Assembly (NCBI GenBank): GCA_014238315.1
Contig: JABABG010000062.1
Span: 3,568-67,567, forward strand
Source of the DNA: Alphaproteobacteria bacterium
Lineage (GTDB): Bacteria; Pseudomonadota; Alphaproteobacteria; JABAAW01
Length of the DNA stretch: 64,000 nucleotides
Direction of reading: 5' to 3'
Positions 9,190 through 18,344 of the stretch are shown here, in pieces. Every line of letters starts with the position of its first letter. Position 1 is the stretch's first letter. The notes beneath the pieces are model-generated. The model had not been told where the DNA came from. It made no database searches and saw nothing but the letters and a program-made list of their open reading frames with translations. Position numbers and translations under genes: made by a program.

Positions 9190-9939
9190 ATGGCGGGTCA
9201 TTCAAAGTTTAAAAACATAATGTTTCGCAAGGGCGCGCAGGACAAGAAGCGCGCGCGAGTTTTTGCGAAGTTTTCGCGCGAAATATCCGTTGCGGTCAAG
9301 CTTGGCGGTAGCGATGTGTCGAGCAACCCTCGCTTACGCACGGCAATTTTAGCAGCGCGCGGCGAGAATATGCCGAACGACAACATCACGCGCACGATAT
9401 CGAAGGCGGCTGGCGAGGACAGCTCTAGCAACTACGAGGAGATTCGCTACGAGGGCTACGGAGTTGGCGGCGTTGCTGTTATCGTTGAGGCTCTTACGGA
9501 CAATCGCAACCGCACGAGCTCGCAGTTGCGAGCGTTATTTTCGAAGTTCGGCGGCAGTTTGAGCGAACAAGGAGCGGTTCTTTTTTTGTTCAAGCATTGC
9601 GGCGAGATTCGCTACCCGCCTGAGGTGGCGAGCGAAGAAACGATGTTTGAGGCTGCGCTAGAGTTTGGCGCGGACAACATAGTTTCGGACGAGACGGGTC
9701 ATAGTGTATTTTGTGCGCCAGACTCTTTGAACGAACTCGCCTTGCACCTGCAGTCGCGCTTTGGCGAGGCGATAACCTCGCGCCTGACTTGGCAAGCGCA
9801 AACGACGACCGAGATAGGCGAGAAATCTGCGGAGACCTTGCTCAAGATGCTCGATGCGATAGAGGACAACGATGACGTACAACGCGTCTATGCGAACTTT
9901 GAAATCGGCGACGAGCTCCTCGCTCGACTATCTTCCTAG
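9190..9939 (+). CDS. yebC: YebC/PmpR family DNA-binding transcriptional regulator
   Basis: MAGHSKFKNIMFRKG N-terminus typical of YebC; upstream of ruvCAB as in many bacteria. Confidence 0.85.
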   Translation: MAGHSKFKNIMFRKGAQDKKRARVFAKFSREISVAVKLGGSDVSSNPRLRTAILAARGENMPNDNITRTISKAAGEDSSSNYEEIRYEGYGVGGVAVIVEALTDNRNRTSSQLRALFSKFGGSLSEQGAVLFLFKHCGEIRYPPEVASEETMFEAALEFGADNIVSDETGHSVFCAPDSLNELALHLQSRFGEAITSRLTWQAQTTTEIGEKSAETLLKMLDAIEDNDDVQRVYANFEIGDELLARLSS

Positions 9940-10041
9940 AACCCAAGCCGAGGCTTTAGGCTAGTCGCGAAACTAAGGGTTGCTGTTTTTTGCAAGCTGT
10001 TTTTGCACCCGTTGCCTATGTTCGAGTTGCCTATTTTCGCA

Positions 10042-10077
10042 AGAGATATTTAAAGAGATGTTTAAAGAGATGTTTAA
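10042..10077. repeat. 12-bp tandem repeat x3 (agagatgtttaa) just upstream of ruvC
   Basis: Direct reading of the intergenic sequence 22 bp upstream of the ruvC start. Confidence 0.8.
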
Positions 10078-10098
10078 ACGGACTATAATTCCACGACC

Positions 10099-10629
10099 AT
10101 GTCGACTTTAAGGATTCTTGGCATCGACCCTGGACTAGTTGCGACAGGCTGGGGAGCCATTGAGCGTACTGGCAATAGTCTCGTCTTTGTCGCTTGCGGC
10201 ACGATTAGGGTTAGCTGCCATCGCCCGCTAGCACATCGTTTATCCGCGCTCCTACATTCGCTACAAGAGGTTGTATCGAACTGCGAGCCAGACCACCTTG
10301 CCATCGAGGAGGTTTTTTTGGGTAAGAACCCGAAGACCACGCTTACACTGGGGCAAGCTCGCGCGATTGCGCTGCTGGCGGTGGGTGAGCGTCCTTACGC
10401 GGAATACGCACCACGGCGGATAAAACAAGTTGTGAGCGCTTCTGGTAGTGCCGACAAACAGCAGCTACGAGATATGCTAAGACGCCTGCTACCCGACAGC
10501 CCGCTTGCGCGTACTAATGGCGAGCAAGAATCTCCCGACGAACACGCGAGCGATGCGCTAGCGGTCGCCCTATGCCACGCCTTCAGCCCGGCGAGCAAAG
10601 ACTTGGCGAGTCGCGAAATTAAGGATTAA
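10099..10629 (+). CDS. ruvC: crossover junction endodeoxyribonuclease
   Basis: ILGIDPG start and RNase H-like RuvC catalytic residues. Confidence 0.85.
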   Translation: MSTLRILGIDPGLVATGWGAIERTGNSLVFVACGTIRVSCHRPLAHRLSALLHSLQEVVSNCEPDHLAIEEVFLGKNPKTTLTLGQARAIALLAVGERPYAEYAPRRIKQVVSASGSADKQQLRDMLRRLLPDSPLARTNGEQESPDEHASDALAVALCHAFSPASKDLASREIKD

Positions 10630-10732
10630 AGCGATGCAAAAAGAACTAGTAAAAAGAGTACAGCAAACATCGATAGCGAGCATCAGCAACTAGCATGGGC
10701 TACGAGCGTCGAATAGCTGGAGCTACTAACCG

Positions 10733-11383
10733 ATGATAGCTCTACTAGAAGGAATCGTGGAAGAGATTTCACCAGAAAACTCGCCGCCCGCGGCTGTTTT
10801 GCTGTGCAACGGAGTAGGCTATCACCTACTCTGCTCAAAACGCACCTGCTCGCACCTGAAGGTAGGCGAGCGATTGCGGCTTTTCGTATCGAGCCAAACG
10901 CGCGATGGCGAGCTGCGTCTCTATGGATTTTTTGAACGCGCTGAGCGCGATTGCTTCGACTTGCTAATAGGCGTTCAGGGGGTGGGCGGCAAACTTGCGC
11001 TCGTAGTTTTGTCGCATTTTGACAGCGCGAACTTGGCGCGCGCAATTTTGTCTGGCGACCAAAAATCTCTACAAGGCGTCTCGGGTTTAGGCACACGCAC
11101 AGCACAAAGACTGGTAGTCGAGCTTGAGGGTAAGATGAGCAAACCCTCGATCATCGCCAGCCTAGAGGCTACTGCTTGGCGAGCAGACGAGACTGGCGAA
11201 GCCTCTACGGCTAGCGACCCGCTCTGGCGCGATCTGGCGGACGCGTTAGGCGCGCTAGGTTTCGAACGCTCAGAGATAACTCGTACGCTTGAGACCTTGC
11301 GGCGCATCGAGCGCCCTGATAGCTTAGATTCTGCGCTACGCCAAGCTCTGAAGATTCTCCGCCCAGCGATAAGCGGCGGCTAG
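10733..11383 (+). CDS. ruvA: Holliday junction branch migration complex subunit RuvA
   Basis: MIALLEG start, HhH GLGxK motifs. Confidence 0.85.
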   Translation: MIALLEGIVEEISPENSPPAAVLLCNGVGYHLLCSKRTCSHLKVGERLRLFVSSQTRDGELRLYGFFERAERDCFDLLIGVQGVGGKLALVVLSHFDSANLARAILSGDQKSLQGVSGLGTRTAQRLVVELEGKMSKPSIIASLEATAWRADETGEASTASDPLWRDLADALGALGFERSEITRTLETLRRIERPDSLDSALRQALKILRPAISGG

Positions 11384-11503
11384 AGGCAAAGGGTGTAAGG
11401 GTGCGAGACGGAGATGCTATAGAACGAATGTTTGCGCGAGAACGAACACCCGTGCAACCACCAGAAGCCAGCCACGGCTTACGAGCCACTGCGGAGGTAG
11501 CCC

Positions 11504-12772
11504 ATGGAAAATGCGAACGATAGGCTCGTTTCTCCGAAAGATTCGGGTAGGGTTGTGCACAGGGCTTTGCCGAAAACATCCGATGGCAAAAACCGCGATG
11601 CAATGACCTCTGGTAAAAAGACCTCTGATAAAAAAAACCCTGGTAAAAAGACCTCCAGTCAGACTTTGCATAAACCGCCCCCCCCCAACACCACAGCCCA
11701 GTCGGCAGATGAGGCTAGTCGAGCCAATCCATCGAGCGAACGCCCGCATCGTTTATCCGACTTCATCGGTCAAACTTCGTTGCGTAACAACCTTTCGGTT
11801 TTTTTAGAGTCTGCGAAGATTCGCTCGACTTGTTTAGACCACCTTCTCCTATGCGGTCCGCCTGGCTTGGGCAAGACTACTTTAGCGCGAGTTATCGCCC
11901 ACGAGATGAACGCGCCTTTCCGCGCAAGCTCTGGTCCCGTTATCACGAAGGCTGGCGAGCTTGCCGCCTTACTTACAGATTGCGAGCATGGCGAGGTTTT
12001 TTTCATCGATGAGATTCACCGCCTGCCCCATGCAGTCGAGGAGGTATTATATAGCGCTATGGAGGATTGCCAGCTCGACATTATGATAGGTGTCGGGGCT
12101 AGCGCGCGCGCTGTGCGTTTGGCGTTAAAACCCTTCACATTGATAGGTGCTACCACTCGCCCTGGCTTGATATCGCGCCCTTTGCGCGAGCGTTTCGGCA
12201 TTCCGCTAGAGTTCAACTTTTACGCAGCCGCAGAGCTTGCCGAGATTCTTATGCGTGCCTCTAGGCGCGCTGGCTTTGCCAGCGGTTTTGCGAAGCTAGA
12301 ACTAGATGAGGATGGCGCACTCACGATAGCCGAGCGCAGTCGAGCCACCCCCCGCATAGCCTTACGTTTGTTGAGACGCATTGTCGATTTTGCGACCGTT
12401 TCGCATAGATTGTTAATAGACGCTACTTGCGCGCGGGACGCCCTAGAGCAGTTAGGGGTAGACGATAACGGACTGGACCAACTCGACCGCCGCTACCTCA
12501 GCCTTTTGGGCGAGCGTTTTCAGGGAGGTCCGGCCGGCTTGGACACGCTAGCGGCAGCCCTCTCACAAGAGCGCGATGTTCTAGAGGAAGTTGTCGAGCC
12601 TTTTTTGCTACAGCAGGGCTGGCTTGAAAAGAGTGCCCGCGGTCGCCAACTAAGCCCTACAGGTTGGCAGAAATATGCCAAGAAATGTGATAGGGATGGA
12701 GCTAAAGATTCTGCGCTAAGGGGCTCTACTTGGCAGCAGGATATTTTCAAAACTGAAGGAAAGAAGGCATGA
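11504..12772 (+). CDS. ruvB: Holliday junction branch migration DNA helicase RuvB with low-complexity N-terminal extension (alternative start TTG 11666)
   Basis: Conserved core starts at RPHRLSDFIGQ; Walker A GPPGLGKTT; DEIHRL. About 80 aa of K/T/S/P-rich sequence lie before the core, including a C9 tract at about 11673-11681. Confidence 0.9.
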   Translation: MENANDRLVSPKDSGRVVHRALPKTSDGKNRDAMTSGKKTSDKKNPGKKTSSQTLHKPPPPNTTAQSADEASRANPSSERPHRLSDFIGQTSLRNNLSVFLESAKIRSTCLDHLLLCGPPGLGKTTLARVIAHEMNAPFRASSGPVITKAGELAALLTDCEHGEVFFIDEIHRLPHAVEEVLYSAMEDCQLDIMIGVGASARAVRLALKPFTLIGATTRPGLISRPLRERFGIPLEFNFYAAAELAEILMRASRRAGFASGFAKLELDEDGALTIAERSRATPRIALRLLRRIVDFATVSHRLLIDATCARDALEQLGVDDNGLDQLDRRYLSLLGERFQGGPAGLDTLAAALSQERDVLEEVVEPFLLQQGWLEKSARGRQLSPTGWQKYAKKCDRDGAKDSALRGSTWQQDIFKTEGKKA

Positions 12773-13239
12773 TGGATGCTCACGCATGGCGCCATGACTT
12801 CCGCGTCTACTACGAAGACACGGACTCTGGCGGAGTTGTCTATTACGCTAACTACTTGAAGTTTGCCGAGCGCGCGCGTAGCGAGATTTTGCGCGAGGCT
12901 GGCATGCAACCTTCGACTTTAGCAAAGATTCGCGGTGTTGTTTTTGTGGTTGTAGGTTGCTCTTGTCGTTACTTGCAAGCAGCGCGCCTTGACGACAAGC
13001 TAGTAGTCGAGACCTCTTGTCTTTCTTGTAGCGGTGCGCGACTAAGGCTAGCGCAAAAGATACTTATCGCCGCAAAGAACGATGATACGAGTTTGACAAT
13101 ATCGGCAGAACTAGAGACAGACTTGGCGCTTGTTTCGACCAATGCAGATCAGCGCGATTCTAAAGAGCCCAACAGGCTTTTTGGCAAACCGATACGCCTA
13201 TCGGATGATATAGTTAGATTGTTCCAGCCTTATTCTTAG
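12769..13239 (+). CDS. ybgC: tol-pal-associated acyl-CoA thioesterase
   Basis: 4HBT hot-dog fold, YYEDTD motif, sits immediately before tolQ. Confidence 0.75.
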   Translation: MMDAHAWRHDFRVYYEDTDSGGVVYYANYLKFAERARSEILREAGMQPSTLAKIRGVVFVVVGCSCRYLQAARLDDKLVVETSCLSCSGARLRLAQKILIAAKNDDTSLTISAELETDLALVSTNADQRDSKEPNRLFGKPIRLSDDIVRLFQPYS

Positions 13240-13358
13240 CATTTTATTTTTTAGGGTTTAGTATTAGCTTTAGAGGTTAAACTTGCTACTTCCAAAGTAC
13301 TAGTTATAAAAGAGAATTAGTTATCAAAAGATAGAGGATAAGAACAGAGACTTACAAT

Positions 13359-14045
13359 ATGACCCAAGATTCTTTCAGTTTTGCGAGCTTACTTCTGTCC
13401 GCCCACTGGGTAGTGCAACTTGTGCTAGCTCTGCTGGTTGCGAGTTCGGTTATCAGCTGGGCGATTGCGTTAAAGAAGTATTCCGAGCTAAAGACCTCGA
13501 TGCTACTCAACCGACGCTTTTGGCTACGCTTTCACCGCGAGGAATCGCTTGCCCAACTTTCGCGCAACATGCGCGGCAAGACGAGCAGCCCTATTGCTCG
13601 ACTTTTTCTTGCGGCGATGGAGGAATGGCAGGTTTCGACCCAGCGTCGGCATGCGCAACGACAAACGCTAGAGGAGCGCATATCTCGTGTTTTAAGCTTT
13701 AAGATGCTAGAGGAGAGCGCGCGTTGCGAGCGTTTGCTACCGATTCTCGCAACGATTGGCAGTAGCGCGCCTTTCGTGGGTCTTTTTGGCACTGTTTGGG
13801 GCATAATGAACAGCTTTCGCGCCATTTCTGCGATGCAGCAATCTAGCCTTGCGGTCGTAGCGCCTGGCATAGCGGAGGCTCTTTTTGCCACCGCACTCGG
13901 TCTTGTCGCGGCAATCCCTGCAACTATATTTTACAACCTTTTGCTAGTCCGCGCTAATCAGGCGCAGCTAGACTTAGAGGCTTTTGCCGAGCAATTGACG
14001 ATTCGTTTTTCACGCCAGTTTGACGATATGACTGGTAAAAACTAG
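13359..14045 (+). CDS. tolQ: Tol-Pal system protein TolQ
   Basis: MotA/TolQ/ExbB family, three TM helices, gene order ybgC-tolQ-tolR. Confidence 0.85.
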   Translation: MTQDSFSFASLLLSAHWVVQLVLALLVASSVISWAIALKKYSELKTSMLLNRRFWLRFHREESLAQLSRNMRGKTSSPIARLFLAAMEEWQVSTQRRHAQRQTLEERISRVLSFKMLEESARCERLLPILATIGSSAPFVGLFGTVWGIMNSFRAISAMQQSSLAVVAPGIAEALFATALGLVAAIPATIFYNLLLVRANQAQLDLEAFAEQLTIRFSRQFDDMTGKN

Positions 14046-14101
14046 AAACCATGCAGATACATACCAATTCTCACCTATAGACGCATTTAGACATACTTAC
14101 T

Positions 14102-14536
14102 ATGCCGCTACACCCCTCTCCCCTTTCTTCGCTGGTGCGCAGCAAGAGACGCAAGGTTTTTATCGATGCGATTAATGTAACGCCCTTTATTGATGTGATG
14201 CTCGTGCTACTAGTTGTCTTTATGGTAACAGCCCCCCTATTGAGCGTTGGTCTAGAAGTAGAGCTACCGCAGAGCGATGCGAAACCCCTTCACTCGCAGG
14301 AGGAACCGCTCATCGTTACGATTCGCCACGATGGTGCGATTTTTCTGCAGGAGAAACAGATAAAGGAATCGAAACTAATAGACAAACTCGCCTCCATTTC
14401 TGCGGGTAACCCGAACATCACTATTTACATTCGCGGAGACAGACGTCTTAGATACTCTAAGGTGCTGAGGGTTATGGGACGAATTAGTCGAGCTGGCTTT
14501 GAACGAGTATCGCTGGTAACCGACCCCCTTCGTTAA
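14102..14536 (+). CDS. tolR: Tol-Pal system protein TolR
   Basis: ExbD/TolR family, single N-terminal TM. Confidence 0.8.
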   Translation: MPLHPSPLSSLVRSKRRKVFIDAINVTPFIDVMLVLLVVFMVTAPLLSVGLEVELPQSDAKPLHSQEEPLIVTIRHDGAIFLQEKQIKESKLIDKLASISAGNPNITIYIRGDRRLRYSKVLRVMGRISRAGFERVSLVTDPLR

Positions 14537-14614
14537 TTTTCGACACTTTTAGCATTAGACTCTTTCTGCTAGCTTTCTGAATTATCTTTCGGTATTCCCT
14601 CTTCAGTATCCCTT

Positions 14615-15523
14615 TTGGCATCGCTTACAGACATTTTTCGTAGCCTCAGCCGCCCGATAGGCACTCGTAGCTTATCGGAGTTAGTTGTTTTTTCCGCGCT
14701 GTGTCACCTTTTAGCTTTTCTGGCGACTAGCCTGACCGCTTGGTTCTTTCCCAGAGACTTCATACCCTTTCCCGCAGGCGTTGAGATAGTAACCGAGCAA
14801 CAACTACAACAACGTTTGTCGCAACATCGAACGCGCCCGAAGGAAGAGGTGACGCTCGAAAGTGCAAAACCAAAAGAGGATAAAGAGAAGGAAGAGAAGG
14901 AAGAGAAGAAAGAGATAAAGGAATCCCCGAAGAAAACTGCTCTCAAAAAAATTGCTTCAAAAAAAGCTAGCCCCAAGAAAGCTATTAGGAAAACCACTGT
15001 AAAGACTAACAAGAAGTCGCCAAAATCTGCTGATAAAAGCACAGATTCCAGCGACCCTATCGAAGATATTTTAGCCTCGCTAGAAGAAGAGACCTCGAGC
15101 GATGATGGGCAAAGTAGCGAGCCTAGCTTCGATGCGTCGCTCGAAGAAGCCCTCAGCGAGGAGAGCCCCGATTCTTCCGAGCCGCAATTTTTGAGCTCCG
15201 AGCAAATTTTAACCGCGAGCGAACTTGCCGCCTTCCGCAAGCATATCTTTGCCTGCTGGAGTCCCCCGATAGGCGCACCTTCGTTAGAGAACCTTGTAGT
15301 AGATTTAGATTTGACGCTGGACGAAAATGCCTATGTTATAGAGGTTCGTGTTATAGATAGGTCTCGCATGTCGCGCGATCCATTTTTCCGTAGCGCAGCC
15401 GAATCTGCCTTACGCACACTCTCGGATAGTGCTTGCTCACCATTGAAACTACCATTAGGCAAGTATGCTTTATGGGAGAGGACTATTTTACGATTTGACC
15501 CTCGCCGTTTATTCGGTCTTTAG
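14615..15523 (+). CDS. tolA: TolA-like protein (N-terminal TM, K/E-rich central region)
   Basis: Position between tolR and tolB; TM anchor; KEEKEEK-rich low-complexity region; divergent C-terminal domain. Confidence 0.5.
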   Translation: MASLTDIFRSLSRPIGTRSLSELVVFSALCHLLAFLATSLTAWFFPRDFIPFPAGVEIVTEQQLQQRLSQHRTRPKEEVTLESAKPKEDKEKEEKEEKKEIKESPKKTALKKIASKKASPKKAIRKTTVKTNKKSPKSADKSTDSSDPIEDILASLEEETSSDDGQSSEPSFDASLEEALSEESPDSSEPQFLSSEQILTASELAAFRKHIFACWSPPIGAPSLENLVVDLDLTLDENAYVIEVRVIDRSRMSRDPFFRSAAESALRTLSDSACSPLKLPLGKYALWERTILRFDPRRLFGL

Positions 15524-15540
15524 ATTATACGCTATATAAT

Positions 15541-16881
15541 ATGCCCTACCTAAAATCCCCCTTTTTTTTACTGCGCCTATCCTTATTAGCTTTTTGCGCG
15601 GCTTTGCTACTGCTACCTTTAGCGAGCCACGCTCAGCTACGCATCGACATCCACCAAGGTACATTCCGCCCTATCCGTTTAAGCATCCCGGACATCGAGC
15701 GCGAAGGCTTTTCTCTCGGACAAGCTAATAGCGTACGCAAGATAGTGGAATCGGACTTAGGCACTTCTGGCTTGATAAATATCATCGATAGAGATTCTTT
15801 GCTCTATAGCAAGCTATCGCTAGACATGGTTCCTGACTTTGCGTCCTTCCGCATAGCTGGCGCGGATGCTATTTTGTCGTTATATCTGCATAAGGGCAAG
15901 GGTGCCCTTAGAGCTACTTTACAAATATGGGATGTTCGCCTTCAACGCCCGCTTGCGCGCGAGGATTTAGACGCGCGTTCTGTTCGCACCCTTGCGCATA
16001 AGATATCCGACTCTATCTACCATCGCCTGACGGGCGAGCGAGGTTACTTCAACAGTCGCATTTTATATGTTTCGGAGAGCCTGCGCGGCAAGCGTCTTTG
16101 GAAGCGTTTAGCCATTATGGATTACGACGGAGCCAACCATCGTTTTTTGACGAATCAGCGGCGCACGATTGTTCTGAACCCACGTTTTTCTTCTGACGGC
16201 AAGACTGCCATTTACACGGCATTGACGAAAAAGTCTAGCTCCATCCGCCTCATCGACCTTTCGCGTGGTAAGCGCGAGACTGTTTTACCGCTAGGTGCGG
16301 GACTAGTTTACGCTGCCCGATTTTCACCGAACGGCAAGAGCATTATTTACGCGCAGTCTTTGTCTGGCAACAGCGAGATATTCACCTACAGCTTATCTTC
16401 TGGCAAACGCCGCCGATTGACGATCAACAGAGCGATCGACACTTCGCCGAGCTTTTCGCCTGACGGAGGTTATATTTCGTTTGTCTCTGACCGCAGTGGC
16501 AAGCCGCAGATATACACGATGACGAGACGCGGCGGCAATGTTCAACGCGTTAGTTTTTCAGCTGGCTCATTTTCTACTCCAGTCTGGTCTCCACGCGGAG
16601 ACAAGATAGCTTTCACACGTCAGCTTTACGGCAGATTTGCGGTCGGGGTTATGGATATAGACGGCTCTAACATGCGTATTCTATCGGAGGGCTTTCGTGT
16701 AGAGGGACCGAGCTGGTCTCCTAATGGTCGAGTTTTAGTATTTTTCAAGAAAGACCCTACCCCTAAAGGTAAACGCATAGGTCGTTCTCGTTTATTGACT
16801 GTGGATGTTACTGGTCGTTTTCTGAGAGGGTTAAATACGCCTCACAATGCTTACGACCCGAACTGGTCTTACGCTAACTAG
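15541..16881 (+). CDS. tolB: Tol-Pal system beta-propeller protein TolB
   Basis: Signal peptide and repeated PxFSPDG WD-like beta-propeller motifs. Confidence 0.85.
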   Translation: MPYLKSPFFLLRLSLLAFCAALLLLPLASHAQLRIDIHQGTFRPIRLSIPDIEREGFSLGQANSVRKIVESDLGTSGLINIIDRDSLLYSKLSLDMVPDFASFRIAGADAILSLYLHKGKGALRATLQIWDVRLQRPLAREDLDARSVRTLAHKISDSIYHRLTGERGYFNSRILYVSESLRGKRLWKRLAIMDYDGANHRFLTNQRRTIVLNPRFSSDGKTAIYTALTKKSSSIRLIDLSRGKRETVLPLGAGLVYAARFSPNGKSIIYAQSLSGNSEIFTYSLSSGKRRRLTINRAIDTSPSFSPDGGYISFVSDRSGKPQIYTMTRRGGNVQRVSFSAGSFSTPVWSPRGDKIAFTRQLYGRFAVGVMDIDGSNMRILSEGFRVEGPSWSPNGRVLVFFKKDPTPKGKRIGRSRLLTVDVTGRFLRGLNTPHNAYDPNWSYAN

Positions 16882-16959
16882 GATAGACGCGAGTTAGGTT
16901 GTGTTGGGCTACGCGGGAACCGGGTTCTTTAGGTTCGTGTTGTTTCGAGTTCTAGTGAA

Positions 16960-18228
16960 TTGAGGATGCGAGCAAGCGATAGCGATAGTCGAGGTACGAA
17001 AGGGCATAGTGGCGCGGATGCTTCTAAGCCCAAGTTTATTTTTTTGTGTTTAGGCGGCTACCTTTTTTCTATTGCTTATGGTGTCACTTTTTTGATTCCT
17101 CTTATGGTTATAGAGCGGGGTGGCGATGAGGCTTTTGCTGGAGTAATCATATCAACCGCGACCATCGGCACGGTATCACTGGTTATCCTATCTGGTCATA
17201 TAGCCGACAGATTTGGCACGGCGAGGTCTGCTGCCATTTCTGGGCTTTTACTTGCTTTGTCGATGCTTGGCTTTTTCTTAAGCCAAAGTCTCAGTCACGG
17301 TTTAATCGACAACCCAAACAACCGCCTTGGATACGACTTATTGCTATACGCTCTGCTACTAGGGATGGGCTGGGGAGTCTTCTACACTTTAGCACCGATA
17401 CTAGTTTCAGCTATTATACCATCCGAAAGACGCATGCGTTTTTTTGCACTACTCTCTGGCTCGATGATGTCTGGCATCGGCACTGGTCCTCTAATCGGTC
17501 GCCTTACGACCTACTTAGACCTTCCGATTGAAACCGCGTTTTCGGTGGCTTGCGTATGCTCTTTGGTTGGCTCGGGCATTTATTTTTACTTAGACAATAA
17601 CTTCAGGAGGAACAACGGGCTACCCCCCCACATTAGCCGTATATCTTTGAGGTATATTTATAGAATTTTTCACTCCAACGCCATTTTTCCGATTAGCATG
17701 GTCGGTTTAGGGGCGTGTATTTTCGGCGGTTTATCTAGTTTCCAGACGACCTACGCCGAAACTTTTGGCTTCGACTATTCGTTATTTTTTGGAGGCTTTA
17801 TACTATCGGCGATCAGCGGTCGCTTATTTCTTTCGGGCTATGTTTCTCGTTTTGACCCATTCCTTTCGACATTTTTTCTGACTTTTCTGATAGTCGTTTC
17901 GATTTTTATGTTCATCCGATTTACGAACGATGTTTATCTGTATGTTTTTTCTTCTGCGGTGCTAGGCATCGGCTATGGGCTTGCTTACTCTGTGATAAAC
18001 GGACTGGCTGCCAACGAGGCACCAGCTGGTTTAGTCCCGCAATCTTTGTTGCTTTTCAGCCTTTCGTATTTCATTGGCGTTTTCGGCTTTCCTCTTATTG
18101 CCGGCGGTATAATTGTTCAAAACGGAGTGATCGACATGCTGTACATTCTTCTTGGCGTAGCGTTGCTGAACAATTTTTTGTCGATCTTGCGTATATGGCA
18201 ACAACGGAGCTCAATTTTTAGCAATTAG
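16960..18228 (+). CDS. MFS transporter
   Basis: 12-TM hydrophobic profile with MFS-like layout; no pal gene follows tolB here. Confidence 0.55.
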   Translation: MRMRASDSDSRGTKGHSGADASKPKFIFLCLGGYLFSIAYGVTFLIPLMVIERGGDEAFAGVIISTATIGTVSLVILSGHIADRFGTARSAAISGLLLALSMLGFFLSQSLSHGLIDNPNNRLGYDLLLYALLLGMGWGVFYTLAPILVSAIIPSERRMRFFALLSGSMMSGIGTGPLIGRLTTYLDLPIETAFSVACVCSLVGSGIYFYLDNNFRRNNGLPPHISRISLRYIYRIFHSNAIFPISMVGLGACIFGGLSSFQTTYAETFGFDYSLFFGGFILSAISGRLFLSGYVSRFDPFLSTFFLTFLIVVSIFMFIRFTNDVYLYVFSSAVLGIGYGLAYSVINGLAANEAPAGLVPQSLLLFSLSYFIGVFGFPLIAGGIIVQNGVIDMLYILLGVALLNNFLSILRIWQQRSSIFSN

Positions 18229-18344
18229 AACCAAAGATGGTCTAATTATTTTATTACCCCTTCTATCGTCCTACCGAGCGCATGTAGCTAAAAAACTCTC
18301 CATTAGCCTCTAATCAATCCGACCCGAGTATAATTTTTGTCTTC

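Noticed and set aside
10000-10098. LexA box upstream of ruvC
   Set aside because: gttgcctatgttcg is not a GTTC-N7-GTTC match, and no other alphaproteobacterial SOS box was found.
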